Shown here piece after piece: positions 9,174-18,891 of a stretch of 55,310 nt of DNA. Location of the stretch: positions 1 to 55,310 of IMG/VR virus record IMGVR_UViG_3300023097_000001. One strand, written 5' to 3'. Position 1 is the stretch's first letter. Each line of letters begins with the position of its first letter. The DNA is from a virus. Its lineage: Duplodnaviria; Caudoviricetes. Position numbers and translations under genes: made by a program. The notes under the pieces are model-generated. The model was not told the DNA's origin, made no database searches, and saw only the letters and a program-made list of their open reading frames with translations.

Positions 9174-9476
9174 ATGGACAAGATCGACGAACTGAAAGAC
9201 GACCTGGTCTACGAGACCAACAAGGTCAGAAACGCAAGTATCACCCTGGGTTCGGGCTGGGCACTGTTCGTGTTGTCCTTCTTCCCGTCGGAACCCTGGG
9301 GGCTGGCCATCGGCTTGCCCGGAATCTTTGCCGCTTTCATCGGCTTGGTTGCGCACCTGGTGATGTTCATGGGCAACCAGTGGTACGACGTTAATGGGAG
9401 CCGGACCAGCCTTCACGGGCGAATCCGGAGCATCCGGAAGCAGATCCGTAAGTTGGAGGATCAGGTTGCCAAATAA
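9174..9476 (+). CDS. membrane protein with two TM segments
   Basis: AAGGAG RBS; two hydrophobic helices and a coiled-coil tail. Confidence 0.7.
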   Translation: MDKIDELKDDLVYETNKVRNASITLGSGWALFVLSFFPSEPWGLAIGLPGIFAAFIGLVAHLVMFMGNQWYDVNGSRTSLHGRIRSIRKQIRKLEDQVAK

Positions 9477-9897
9477 CGCTGACGAGCTGGACCGGCTGCT
9501 GAAGTTCTCATTCTCTCTCGTGGGACGCAGTGAATACCCCCTACAGTTCGGTGTCACAGGGTCCAGAGGGTTCACAGACCTGAGCGTGGTCAGCTTCGCT
9601 ATCGGGGCTGTGGGGATGTTCCACCACGATGCGATCATGCACAACGGTGGGGCAGGCGGAGCCGATGCTCTGTGTCTTGAGGTGTGGCAGCACTACGGAG
9701 CCAACACGTTCATCCATGCCCCTAGGTTGGAGATCTACGGATCTCCGCGTGCCTACCACGTTCGTAACCAAGAGATCGTGGACCGGGCAGATCTTCTGCT
9801 GGCATTCAAGCGTGGGGAGACCAACGGAACACTAGGAACCATCAAAAAGGCGGAAGAACGAGAAATCCCCGTCTTCGTGTTCAACCAAGATCTCTGA
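9466..9897 (+). CDS. SLOG-superfamily (YspA/DUF2493-like) protein
   Basis: VTGSR, GGAGGAD, RNQEIVD and GT-x2-TI motifs; TTG start after GGAGG. Confidence 0.8.
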   Translation: MPNNADELDRLLKFSFSLVGRSEYPLQFGVTGSRGFTDLSVVSFAIGAVGMFHHDAIMHNGGAGGADALCLEVWQHYGANTFIHAPRLEIYGSPRAYHVRNQEIVDRADLLLAFKRGETNGTLGTIKKAEEREIPVFVFNQDL

Positions 9898-9938
9898 TTC
9901 ATTCATAGATGTCAAAACAAAACGAAAAGGAGCGCAAG

Positions 9939-10412
9939 ATGCGTAAGGTTTACAAGGTCACGGGTCAGTCCACCTCCAAGCCCAGCAACCTTCCCGAGGG
10001 CTTCCTGATCAAGGAAGAGCTGGTGCCGGTGGATGTCACGGTGTTGTCCAAGTACGGCGTTCAGTTCCGTGTGCAGAGCTACTCGGGTGATCCTGAGGAC
10101 GCGATGACTCTGGAGATCATCCCGAGTCCGGCTGGCACCTCGGGTTGGGCGGCGTACAACAAGATTTTCGACAAGGAGAACGCGACCAAGCTGCGTGACG
10201 CCCTGAACGAGATCTTGAACGACAAGAAGGGTCGTCGGGTCATCCACGACGCGACCGACAGCCTGAGCGACCCCGCGCGTTGGTACGAGTGCGACAACGG
10301 GAAGTTCTACTACACCAGCTCCAGGCAGATCCCGTCGTCTGCCATCGGGGGTACGGCCACGTACGACTACATCAAGGAGACCTACGGCATCCGGACCGAA
10401 ACCACCATCTGA
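9939..10412 (+). CDS. hypothetical protein (paralog of 10734-11204)
   Basis: KV-x-G-x-S-x2-KP-x-NLP-x-G, KLRD-x-LNEIL and RWYE shared between the two genes. Confidence 0.8.
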   Translation: MRKVYKVTGQSTSKPSNLPEGFLIKEELVPVDVTVLSKYGVQFRVQSYSGDPEDAMTLEIIPSPAGTSGWAAYNKIFDKENATKLRDALNEILNDKKGRRVIHDATDSLSDPARWYECDNGKFYYTSSRQIPSSAIGGTATYDYIKETYGIRTETTI

Positions 10413-10741
10413 TGAACGAAGACAAGGGCTTGTGTCCTGGTTGTGGGGCCTCCGATGTCGGAGGCCCCATTCCCGAAGACATCGTGCATAACTACGTTCC
10501 TTGGGATGTGTACAAGGGAGGCAAGAGCGCGGTAAGGGAGTGGTTGAAGACCAACCCGTGGCCCACGTGGCGTAAGTTCCTCGGAATTGAGGTACGTGGT
10601 GTCTACGACGGAGTTCTGATCTGGAAATGCGAAGACTCTAATCACCAATGGCCCCGTTTCTCTCGTGAGGGATGGGAAAGACTTCACGTCAAGGCACTAG
10701 AAATCATCGAGAACTGGAATAAGGAGAAAAGCAATGGGTAA
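10412..10741 (+). CDS. hypothetical Zn-ribbon-like protein
   Basis: CPGCG and YDGVLIWKC motifs; coupled overlap. Confidence 0.7.
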   Translation: MNEDKGLCPGCGASDVGGPIPEDIVHNYVPWDVYKGGKSAVREWLKTNPWPTWRKFLGIEVRGVYDGVLIWKCEDSNHQWPRFSREGWERLHVKALEIIENWNKEKSNG

Positions 10742-11204
10742 CCGAGTCAACTTCAAGGTGCAGGGCACGTCCAAGACCAAGCCGACCAACCTTCCGGATG
10801 GTCTGACCGTGGAAGAGGTTGAGGTCCCGATGAAGGAGGTTTTCCCGATGCTCTTCGGTCGGGAGCTGACCGTTCAGGAGTCTTCCACCTTCGGGTCCAC
10901 GCACTTCAAGCTGACCGCACCGAGCACGGCTATCGGTAGCAAGGAGATCGCGGGGTACCTCGTGAAGGAGGACGTGGTCAAGCTGCGGGATCTGCTCAAC
11001 GAGATCCTTTCGGGTGGGAAGCGCGTCTTCCAGGACCGTGACAAGTCGACCACCAACCGTTGGTACGAGGTTGCCGACAACAAGTTCAACTACGCGGCCG
11101 ACCGTGAGCGGGCTGAGAAGGCCTACGACCGGTACCCGTCGGACTCCTGGGACCTCACCAAGGTCGAGCAGTTCTACGGCCCGCTGACGCTGGTTCAGGA
11201 CTAG
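10734..11204 (+). CDS. hypothetical protein (paralog of 9939-10412)
   Basis: Same shared motifs as 9939-10412; AAGGAG RBS. Confidence 0.8.
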   Translation: MGNRVNFKVQGTSKTKPTNLPDGLTVEEVEVPMKEVFPMLFGRELTVQESSTFGSTHFKLTAPSTAIGSKEIAGYLVKEDVVKLRDLLNEILSGGKRVFQDRDKSTTNRWYEVADNKFNYAADRERAEKAYDRYPSDSWDLTKVEQFYGPLTLVQD

Positions 11205-11210
11205 TAACAC

Positions 11211-11972
11211 ATGCCGACTCTCGTGGTCGGCTCCACGGCGATGGCGCGCTTCGTTTCCGGGGCGCGCTACCCCAAGGATGTCGACGTTTTCAGTGATAAC
11301 CCTGCCGATTCAGAATGGGATTGCTTCTGGCACGAGTCGCTACGAGAGTGGATCGGCGACGTGTTCAGATTCGCAACCCTGGACGAGCTGTACACCATCA
11401 AGGTTTCCCACGCACAATGGGATCTGAAGAACGGCACTTGGGATAAGCATGTCTACGACATTGTGAATCTCAAGAAGGCAGGTGCCGTACTGGACCTTGA
11501 TCTGCACAAGTTGCTCTACAAGGTGTGGGAAGACACCCACGGTAAAAAGGTCATGGACCTTGATCAGGACAAGCGAGACTTCTTCGATGACGCAGTCAGG
11601 CGTACCTACGACCATGACTCGCTTCACGACTCGGTTGCCTACGGAGAACTGCCGATCTACACGGAAGTGCTGAAGGATGGCGCTGAAGTGGACATCGACA
11701 TGAAGAAGATGAAGGCTTTGCCGCTCCTGAAGTTTGTGGATCTCATCAAGGAAGAGATCTTCGTGACCGCGCTTGAGAGGATTGTGGTCCCCAGGAACTA
11801 CCGAGTCAGCCCCAAGGCTGCCTACTGGTGGGCTTTGAGGCGCACAGCAACGTCACTGACCAAGGGGTGGACCGCAAGGACCATCATGGACAACATCGAG
11901 TTGTTCTTGGAACCGGGCTCCGACTACATCGGACGCCACAAGGAGAAGTCACACAAGCTGGTGAGGGTGTAA
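11211..11972 (+). CDS. putative Pol-beta-superfamily nucleotidyltransferase
   Basis: N-terminal hG[GS]-x15-D-h-D signature (VVGSTA...KDVDVF); also LYTIKVSH and YDHDSLH motifs. Confidence 0.6.
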   Translation: MPTLVVGSTAMARFVSGARYPKDVDVFSDNPADSEWDCFWHESLREWIGDVFRFATLDELYTIKVSHAQWDLKNGTWDKHVYDIVNLKKAGAVLDLDLHKLLYKVWEDTHGKKVMDLDQDKRDFFDDAVRRTYDHDSLHDSVAYGELPIYTEVLKDGAEVDIDMKKMKALPLLKFVDLIKEEIFVTALERIVVPRNYRVSPKAAYWWALRRTATSLTKGWTARTIMDNIELFLEPGSDYIGRHKEKSHKLVRV

Positions 11973-12209
11973 CAATGGACGAAGACGAGGACGCCTTTTA
12001 CGGTGCGTTGGCTGCTGGTATAGCCTTCGCTGTCATTATCGCCATGGTAGTGGCCCTGGGATTCATTCTGGGAATGTGGGCGTGATGGAAGATTTCAAGA
12101 AGTTTATCGGAAGCGTGATTGCATCGTTCCTGATGCTGTTCATGTTCTGTTTCTGCGTCCTGATTCTGTGGGGACTCGCAGAAGCCATCGCTTGGATTGG
12201 GAGGCAGTA

Positions 12210-12599
12210 ATGGAGTGCATGACCTGTAAGTACCAGAATTTGATCCTGGAGTGTTCCTACGACTGGGATACGATCTTTTCTGGTGAGTACTCGTATCGGT
12301 ACAACACGGGATCTCACACGCCGGTCGCGGTCAAGCTTGGGAACGGTGCGGTCCTGAGCGTGGAAGCCAAGATCGACATGGACAAGGAGTGGGGTCCGAA
12401 GAGCTACGACGATGCCTACGAACAGGGTTTCGAAGGCGCGGCGTGGATGGTCCTCAAGGTGGTGGGGGTCGACAAGACCTTGTTCTTCCGCAAGTGGGGA
12501 ACGGCCAACTCCTACGGGCACGTTGCTTGGGACGGTAAGTTCGAGCAGGTGACCGGAACTGAGAAGCAGGTTACGGTTTTCGAGTGGGAAGGCGTCTGA
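12210..12599 (+). CDS. hypothetical protein, G-x3-SY paralog family member 1
   Basis: FRKWGTANSYGHVAWDGKFEQV-x3-EKQVTVFE. Confidence 0.8.
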   Translation: MECMTCKYQNLILECSYDWDTIFSGEYSYRYNTGSHTPVAVKLGNGAVLSVEAKIDMDKEWGPKSYDDAYEQGFEGAAWMVLKVVGVDKTLFFRKWGTANSYGHVAWDGKFEQVTGTEKQVTVFEWEGV

Positions 12600-12976
12600 T
12601 GAGCGAGACGTGCAAGACCTGTGGTCAGGAACTCCCGGACGGAGACACCAACCTGAGTGTTCTGATCAGGGACTCCTGCAACGACATCAGTCAGTTTGCC
12701 GAAGGTTGGGATGCTGTCTGGACCAAGTGGTCGGTTGGCGAGACCAAGTTCCTGGGTGACGACAAGTTGATGATCGAGAAGGTATTCGAAACCAACTGGG
12801 AAGATCTCGATGGTTACGACACCCTTCCGATCGAGATGGTTTTCCAGGTTGCCAGGGGTTACGACTCCGAGTTCTGGAAGATCTGCGGTGAGTGGGACTC
12901 GTACGACGGTAAGAAGTGGAATGGCATGTTCGTCAAGGTCGAGAAGAAGGAAAGGACGTCGGTCTACTATGGCTGA
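12599..12976 (+). CDS. hypothetical protein, G-x3-SY paralog family member 2
   Basis: WKICGEWDSYDGKKWNGMFVKVEKKERT. Confidence 0.8.
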   Translation: MSETCKTCGQELPDGDTNLSVLIRDSCNDISQFAEGWDAVWTKWSVGETKFLGDDKLMIEKVFETNWEDLDGYDTLPIEMVFQVARGYDSEFWKICGEWDSYDGKKWNGMFVKVEKKERTSVYYG

Positions 12977-13364
12977 TCTTACCCCGCAGCAAGTCACCGA
13001 GCTTCTGGAGAACCACGTGTTCTCTGGTTACGTGGAGCCCCGAGAGAATTACCGGGGTGAAACGATCCCAGGATACACCTGGGAGGATCAGGGCTGGGAG
13101 ATGTGGACCACCACTGGGGTTCCGAGTGGGGTTGCCATTCCCGTAGAGGGTCTTGGTCTGGTTCGCCTGATCGATGACTACTACGAGACGGGTGACTACT
13201 CCGGCGAGATGTCCAAGATCTTCCAGGTCGAATCGGAAGACGGTACCAAGACGTACTACTGCCTGGAGGGTACCTGGAGGTCGTACGATGGTTCCGAGTG
13301 GAACGATCACGTCTTCGAGGTCAACCAGCAGCCCGTGACCAAGATCGAGTGGGTTGCTGTCTGA
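12969..13364 (+). CDS. hypothetical protein, G-x3-SY paralog family member 3
   Basis: YCLEGTWRSYDGSEWNDHVFEVNQQPVT. Confidence 0.8.
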   Translation: MADLTPQQVTELLENHVFSGYVEPRENYRGETIPGYTWEDQGWEMWTTTGVPSGVAIPVEGLGLVRLIDDYYETGDYSGEMSKIFQVESEDGTKTYYCLEGTWRSYDGSEWNDHVFEVNQQPVTKIEWVAV

Positions 13365-13630
13365 TGCCATTCGCCAGGAAGAAGCCAATCGAGATCGAGT
13401 ACCGGGTTTTCGATGGTACTAACTGGAAAGAACTAGCAGAGTGGACCAACTACCGGTTCAGGTTGGGAGAGCGTGAACCGGGGTATCCCGCCCCGGAGGC
13501 TGAGGTTTACGACGAACTACACGACACCTGGGTCAAGGTGTTCAAGGGCCAGATCGTCATCAAGGGTGTTGAGGGCGAGTTCTACCCTCACGCTACCGAC
13601 CTGTTCTACCAGAACTACGACCTTCTGTAA
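13364..13630 (+). CDS. conserved phage protein of the KKP...GEFYP family
   Basis: RKKPIEIE and IKGVEGEFYP-x3-DLF-x3-Y, a motif pattern recognised from many phages; function unknown. Confidence 0.75.
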   Translation: MPFARKKPIEIEYRVFDGTNWKELAEWTNYRFRLGEREPGYPAPEAEVYDELHDTWVKVFKGQIVIKGVEGEFYPHATDLFYQNYDLL

Positions 13631-13712
13631 GTATCTTGGCCGTGGTCTTGCACCACGGCCTTGAGGCCTATAGAAATATGCCAAAATTTTGGACCCAAAG
13701 TGAGGAATTGAC

Positions 13713-14270
13713 ATGGGAAACATTTTCACCAGCCTGATCAACAAGCTGAGCAAGCGTCGCCAGAAGAAGGGCAAGCCCGTGCCGGTTGTTCCGGTGCCTG
13801 TGACGGTTCCTGCGGAGCCCAAGCTGCGGGCAGTGACCTACAACCGTGTGGACGGCGTTGTCAGTGGTGGTCGGATCGAGGCCGTTCGTCCCCCGGTCCA
13901 GCAGCGTCCGCGACCGGTGTCCCGTCCGGTGCCGCAGTCGCCCAAGACTGCCAGCCGCAGGCACGATCGGGACTACGACGACGAGATCCGCTACGCGGAG
14001 GTCACCACGTTCTCTCCAGAGTGGTACCGCATGAACGAGGACGCCTCAGGCCCATTCTCCGGGGGCAACAGCAATTCCGGGAGTGACTACACCCCGGAGC
14101 CGGTTTCGTCGTCCTACGTGGCTCCTAGCACCTCGTACGAGGGAGCCTCGTACTCTGCGCAGTCGTACTCTTCGGACAGCGGGTCGGGTGGTAGCTCGTT
14201 CTCTTCCGGCTCCTACAGCGACAGCGGTTCGTCGTCGTCCAGTGGCGGGGGATACGGTGGTGGTGAGTGA
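13713..14270 (+). CDS. hypothetical protein with basic N-terminus and Ser/Gly-rich tail
   Basis: GAGGA RBS; low-complexity SSYS/GSGG C-terminus. Confidence 0.7.
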   Translation: MGNIFTSLINKLSKRRQKKGKPVPVVPVPVTVPAEPKLRAVTYNRVDGVVSGGRIEAVRPPVQQRPRPVSRPVPQSPKTASRRHDRDYDDEIRYAEVTTFSPEWYRMNEDASGPFSGGNSNSGSDYTPEPVSSSYVAPSTSYEGASYSAQSYSSDSGSGGSSFSSGSYSDSGSSSSSGGGYGGGE

Positions 14271-14638
14271 TCACCAAGGATGAAGTGGAATCCCTTCTTG
14301 AGGGTTTGGGCGGGGAAGCAGACGAAGACTCCGATAACTACGAGCGGGTTGGGTGGGGCTACTGGCTGTACGAAGGTACGGCAGAGTTCACCCTTCTCAA
14401 CGAGGAGTACATGGCTCGTACGGTCCAGACCAAGGGCGGATCTGAGGGTGGTGGTTCCGAGGTTGTGGTGATCGTGGAGTTCACGCCCCACGTCAACGGA
14501 ATCAAGAAGATGTCGATGGAGTCCAGGTACTTCGAGAAGCTGGGCTTCTACGGTTCGTACTACGGCGTGGATTTCGACGGAACCTTCACCGAAGTGTTCC
14601 CTAAGCAGAAGACGGTTACGGTTTACGAGAAGAGTTGA
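14267..14638 (+). CDS. hypothetical protein, G-x3-SY paralog family member 4
   Basis: FEKLGFYGSYYGVDFDGTFTEVFPKQKTVTVYE. Confidence 0.8.
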   Translation: MITKDEVESLLEGLGGEADEDSDNYERVGWGYWLYEGTAEFTLLNEEYMARTVQTKGGSEGGGSEVVVIVEFTPHVNGIKKMSMESRYFEKLGFYGSYYGVDFDGTFTEVFPKQKTVTVYEKS

Positions 14639-14639
14639 C

Positions 14640-15746
14640 ATGAGGGTCGATGATGTTTTCGACCCGGCATTGTATGTCGAGATGGAAGGGGCGGGGATGA
14701 TTCGCACTCAGATTCACCCCTCCCTTCCCTTGGCTATCGCCACCTACACCAAGGACTGTGTTGTTGCACGGTGCTGGAATGAGGTGACGTTGCAGTGCCG
14801 TGGTTTGATTTACAACTACGAGACGCAAGAACTTTTGGCTCGTCCCTTTCCGAAGTTCTTCAACCTGGGTGAACCACTTGCCCGTGAGGACTACGAGGCT
14901 GATGTAGAAGTCAGTGACAAACTGGATGGCTCGTTGGGCATCGGTTACGTCTGGGAAGGAAAGCTCTACATTGCCACCAAGGGCAGCTTTGCCAGTGAAC
15001 AAGCTGTCGAAGCCAACAAGATCCTCCAGGAGACCCACCCCAACTGGCTTCCGCCTGAAGGTCTAACCCCGTTGTTCGAGATCATTTACCCCGAGAACCG
15101 TATCGTGCTGGACTATGGTCAATCACGAGAGCTTCGGTTTCTTGAGGCTATTGACATAGAAACGGGAAAGACTTTCGACTGGGGTTCAGACGATAAGGGT
15201 CGTGATAGTGTATGGATTTCGTGGCCCGGACGAACCGTCGGGTTCACGGGGTACCAAACCCTACGACAAGCCGTATCTGCTCTCCCTCGGGAGAACGCAG
15301 AGGGTTTCGTGGTGCGGTACTTGGACACGGATGAGAGAATCAAGATCAAGCAGCAAGACTATCTGGACAAGCACAAGATGGTGTTCTTGCTGTCTCAGAA
15401 GACCATCTGGGAATCACTGAAGAACGGTAGGTTCCACGAGTACAAGTCGGGGATGCCCGATGAGTTCCATGATTGGATGGATTCCGAGGCTTCAAAATTT
15501 ACTGCAAAATTTGAAGACCACCTTTCGATTATCGATGATTGCGTAAATTCCCCTGACCTGAGCTATCTCATTGAGTGTGCCCAGAACGGTGAGCGAGAAG
15601 CACGTCTGATGATCGAAGAACTCATCAGTGACCTGCCTAGGTGGGTGTGGGGTGCCATCTGGTGTGTGGTGGATGGCTACGACTACACCAAGATTATCTA
15701 CAAGCAGTTCGAACCCAAGGGACAAACAAAGGTGGCCAAGCCATGA
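14640..15746 (+). CDS. RNA ligase, T4 Rnl1 family
   Basis: CRGLI, RPFPKFFN, motif I KLDGS, FEII-x-PENRIV and EGFVV. Confidence 0.92.
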   Translation: MRVDDVFDPALYVEMEGAGMIRTQIHPSLPLAIATYTKDCVVARCWNEVTLQCRGLIYNYETQELLARPFPKFFNLGEPLAREDYEADVEVSDKLDGSLGIGYVWEGKLYIATKGSFASEQAVEANKILQETHPNWLPPEGLTPLFEIIYPENRIVLDYGQSRELRFLEAIDIETGKTFDWGSDDKGRDSVWISWPGRTVGFTGYQTLRQAVSALPRENAEGFVVRYLDTDERIKIKQQDYLDKHKMVFLLSQKTIWESLKNGRFHEYKSGMPDEFHDWMDSEASKFTAKFEDHLSIIDDCVNSPDLSYLIECAQNGEREARLMIEELISDLPRWVWGAIWCVVDGYDYTKIIYKQFEPKGQTKVAKP

Positions 15747-15924
15747 CCATGACACCAGAACAACATCGAGCAGAGGCAGAGCGTCTGCTGTCGGACCCCA
15801 TGCCAGATAGCATCGTGGTTCAGCGGACGCCAAGGGGGTATGTCGCACGGAGGGCTACGTCAGAGGATCACGCGAACATCATTGCTCTTGCAAGGGTGCA
15901 CGCAATTCTTTCACAGGAGAAGCG

Positions 15925-16218
15925 ATGAGAGAATACCCCGAAGGTCAGTGCGACAACCCGGAGTTCCACCTCCAACACACGACATTCCTTGAGGACGAAC
16001 TGAGGACGTGTCCTGGAGTTGGTGAGGGTCAGGAGTATGTGTACCGCTTGGTTGACGAGAAGACTGGCACCCACTTGCAGGCTTACGGGGGTCAGTACGT
16101 CTACACCGAGAGGTCACAGGCTCGTGCTCAATGCACGAAGTTCAACAAGAAGTCGTGGCGAAACGAGAAGGCGGTGATTCAGCGTGGGCTCATCCAGTGG
16201 AGTACCGACCCCGTGTAG
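15925..16218 (+). CDS. hypothetical protein
   Basis: AGGAG RBS; ATGA-coupled ORF. Confidence 0.6.
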   Translation: MREYPEGQCDNPEFHLQHTTFLEDELRTCPGVGEGQEYVYRLVDEKTGTHLQAYGGQYVYTERSQARAQCTKFNKKSWRNEKAVIQRGLIQWSTDPV

Positions 16219-16456
16219 GTGTGGGTACGACGATGATGATCTGGAGTTCTGCCTGGACGGTATCGTTTACTCCGATATCTTCCGAGGTATCCAGGAGAAC
16301 GTGTGTGAATGTGACTGCCATAACCTGGTTGCTGCGGTCATTCCGATCAAGCCCAAGGTTATGGTGTGCCACGAGTGTCGGATGCACAGTGGCCACAAGA
16401 TGGACTGCACCAAGGGCCGCGTGGTCTACGAAGAGAGGGAGTTGGTAGCAGCATGA
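16184..16456 (+). CDS. Cys/His-rich Zn-binding hypothetical protein (start uncertain)
   Basis: CECDCH and CHECRMHSGHKMDC (C-x2-C-x5-H-x3-C). Confidence 0.55.
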   Translation: MGSSSGVPTPCRCGYDDDDLEFCLDGIVYSDIFRGIQENVCECDCHNLVAAVIPIKPKVMVCHECRMHSGHKMDCTKGRVVYEERELVAA

Positions 16457-16559
16457 GTGAGGACGCAGGAATCAGGGATATCCGCCAAGCCCTGGACGAG
16501 GCAATCGAGAACACCGATCCTGACTGGGTTCAGAAGATCCTGGACGCGCCGGAGGGCAA

Positions 16560-17489
16560 GTGAGTGCACCAGTGCTGTACTTCACGGTCGGCCTGCCGGG
16601 GTCAGGGAAGACCCACTACGCCAAGTGGTTGCGGACTCTTCACTCCCCCGGAAAGGTGATGACCATTTCCCGTGATGGTCTGCGGGATGAGTACTTCGGT
16701 ACTCGTGATGGATTGATCGGTGACCAGGAGGTGATGATCACTTCTCTCCAACACGCACAGATCCGCAGGGCACTGGAGCGTGGCATTACCGTGATCGTGC
16801 ACGACTGCAATCTTCGGATGCAATACCGCAAGCAGCTTGCACAGATCGCGGAAGACATGGGATTCAAGTGGGTTCAGGTAGACCTGACTCACATCTCTCT
16901 GGAGACGTGCCTCGAAAGGAATGCCAAGCGGGGAAACCCTGTTCCCGAAGAGGTCATCCGGAACATGTTCGATCGTTACATCAAGGCGAACAAGGGTGAG
17001 GCGATGGCACTGCCTCAGCCCAAGGCGAAGGCGGCTCTTCCGAAGCGTGAGATGTACGTTCCGGACACGTCCAAGCCCAAGGCTGTCATCGTGGACATCG
17101 ATGGGACTGTGGCTCTCCACGAGGGTGTGAGGGGTGTCTACGACACGTCCAAGTACCACCTGGACAAGCCCAACCTTCCCATCATCGACATGGTGAGGCA
17201 CGAGGCCTACGACTTGGGGAACAAGATCTTGTTCACCTCGGGTCGTCACGTGAACTTCTTTGGTGTGACCGAAGATTGGTTGTACCAGGAAGTGAAGGTC
17301 CCCATCGAGGGGCAGTTCATGCGTGAGAACCACGGTGTCAGTGACGACATCGAGAAGTTGGATCTCTTCGACAAGTACATCAGGCACAACTACAATGTGG
17401 TTCGTGCATACGACGACCGAAACCGAGTGGTCAAGGCCTGGCGTTCAATCGGCCTGACTTGCTTGCAGGTAGCCGAAGGCGACTTCTGA
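16560..17489 (+). CDS. pnk: polynucleotide 5'-kinase / 3'-phosphatase (T4 PseT-like)
   Basis: P-loop GLPGSGKT, RD-x-LR, HAD motif DIDGT, TSGR and DDR-x2-VV. Confidence 0.93.
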   Translation: MSAPVLYFTVGLPGSGKTHYAKWLRTLHSPGKVMTISRDGLRDEYFGTRDGLIGDQEVMITSLQHAQIRRALERGITVIVHDCNLRMQYRKQLAQIAEDMGFKWVQVDLTHISLETCLERNAKRGNPVPEEVIRNMFDRYIKANKGEAMALPQPKAKAALPKREMYVPDTSKPKAVIVDIDGTVALHEGVRGVYDTSKYHLDKPNLPIIDMVRHEAYDLGNKILFTSGRHVNFFGVTEDWLYQEVKVPIEGQFMRENHGVSDDIEKLDLFDKYIRHNYNVVRAYDDRNRVVKAWRSIGLTCLQVAEGDF

Positions 17490-18063
17490 TGCTGATGGTC
17501 GCGGGGTGGATCTTCTTGTTTGCTGCGGCTTACAAGTTGTTCACCCACAGAAATACGCGTGACCTTTGGGTTGCGCTGGTGTTGGCTTTGTTCTCGGTAT
17601 CAATGCTTTTCTACAACTTCAACTAAAGGAGCACACAATGCACCAGGAAAGTGGAATCGTCGCTGTCATCCTGTTCAGCATCGGCCTCGCACTTCTGGCT
17701 ACGAAGGCCAAGGCTGTTGCCTACACCTTCATGGCTGCGGGTGCTGTGATGGTGGTTGCAGGAGTCAGCGGTTGAGGACTCTCATGATGGCGGTGTCCCT
17801 GGGGCTGATCGTTGGTTCGGTCTGGGCTTTCACCCAGACCAACCCAGCCTTGGGGCTACTGCTTGCCTCCCTGTCGATGGCTGTCACCCTGACCGCACGT
17901 TCTCGAAGGCGGGACAATGAATAAAGGTTGGGCTGCTGGTGGATTCTTCTTCGCGATGGTCGCCACGGCCTGTTTCGTAGCAAGACTTACCCCGTTCGCA
18001 GTCGGGTGTGGGATCATCGCACTCGTCATGTTCACCGAAGCTTTTGTGAATGAGGACAAATGA
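17489..18063 (+). other. four tandem ~45-aa two-TM microproteins
   Basis: MLMVAGWIF..., MHQESGIVAV..., MMAVSLGLIV... and MNKGWAAGGFFF...; each has two hydrophobic helices. Confidence 0.6.
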
Positions 18064-18290
18064 AGGTACTAGCAATAGGTCTGATCAGCCTGCTTGCTCT
18101 TGCGGGCTGTTCCATGCCGGAAAACACAGGAGGCACCCACGGGCAACGCGTGCTCAAGGAGTTCGATATCCCAGGCACCGAAGCTTCTGCCTCCTTGTTT
18201 TGCATAGATGACGACAAGTTCTTGTGGATGTCTGCTAGCCACAAGGGCTCGTTGCAGCTCGTCCGTGAAGATGACCCGAAGTGTAAGTAA
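18060..18290 (+). CDS. lipoprotein
   Basis: Signal peptide with lipobox LAGC. Confidence 0.75.
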   Translation: MKVLAIGLISLLALAGCSMPENTGGTHGQRVLKEFDIPGTEASASLFCIDDDKFLWMSASHKGSLQLVREDDPKCK

Positions 18291-18319
18291 GACCAACAAC
18301 AAGAAAAGGAATAAGAATC

Positions 18320-18601
18320 ATGGCTACCGTTAAGCGCAACGCTGCTGTCACCAAGACTGAGACTGTCGAGGTCACCCCGGCTCAGATCGTGCTGACCCTC
18401 ACGGAGGGCGAAGCCACTGCGGTCAAGGCCATCCTTGGTGGCATCACGGGCGACAGCTCCGGCCCCATCCGGTCTCTGACCAGCAAGGTCTACCGCGCGC
18501 TCCACAGTGCGGGTGTGGACCAGTACAACTCGTCCCCGCTCCGCAACGACATCATCCAGACCGCCAAGACCACCCCACCGGTCAACCCCTTCGCCTGGTA
18601 A
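18320..18601 (+). CDS. hypothetical protein (paralog of 18631-18891)
   Basis: MA-x2-KR, VEV-x-P, TLT-x2-EA-x3-KA and SGPIR shared with the next gene. Confidence 0.8.
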   Translation: MATVKRNAAVTKTETVEVTPAQIVLTLTEGEATAVKAILGGITGDSSGPIRSLTSKVYRALHSAGVDQYNSSPLRNDIIQTAKTTPPVNPFAW

Positions 18602-18630
18602 TCCAACCCAACTAACAAAGGATCAAAACA

Positions 18631-18891
18631 ATGGCTAACGCCAAGCGCACCCCGGCTTCCATGTCTTCCAAGGAAGTCGAGGTCTCTCCGGAGACCGTGA
18701 CCATCACCCTGACCCCGGACGAGGCTGAGATCATGAAGGCCCTGACCGGCAACGTGATCGGCTCTGGTCCCATCCGAGTCCTGGTAGACCAGCTCTACCA
18801 CCTTCTGGGTGACGGTACTGGCCTGTACGGCATGTCGAAGTACTCCAAGTACATCATCCACAGCATGGAAGTTTCCCCGACCTCTCGCTAA
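18631..18891 (+). CDS. hypothetical protein (paralog of 18320-18601)
   Basis: Same shared motifs; AAAGGA RBS. Confidence 0.8.
   Translation: MANAKRTPASMSSKEVEVSPETVTITLTPDEAEIMKALTGNVIGSGPIRVLVDQLYHLLGDGTGLYGMSKYSKYIIHSMEVSPTSR

Noticed and set aside
15490-15516. AT-rich inverted repeat CTTCAAAATTT...AAAATTTGAAG inside the RNA ligase gene
   Set aside because: It is a single imperfect instance within coding sequence, and the other AAATTT sites share no convincing extended consensus.
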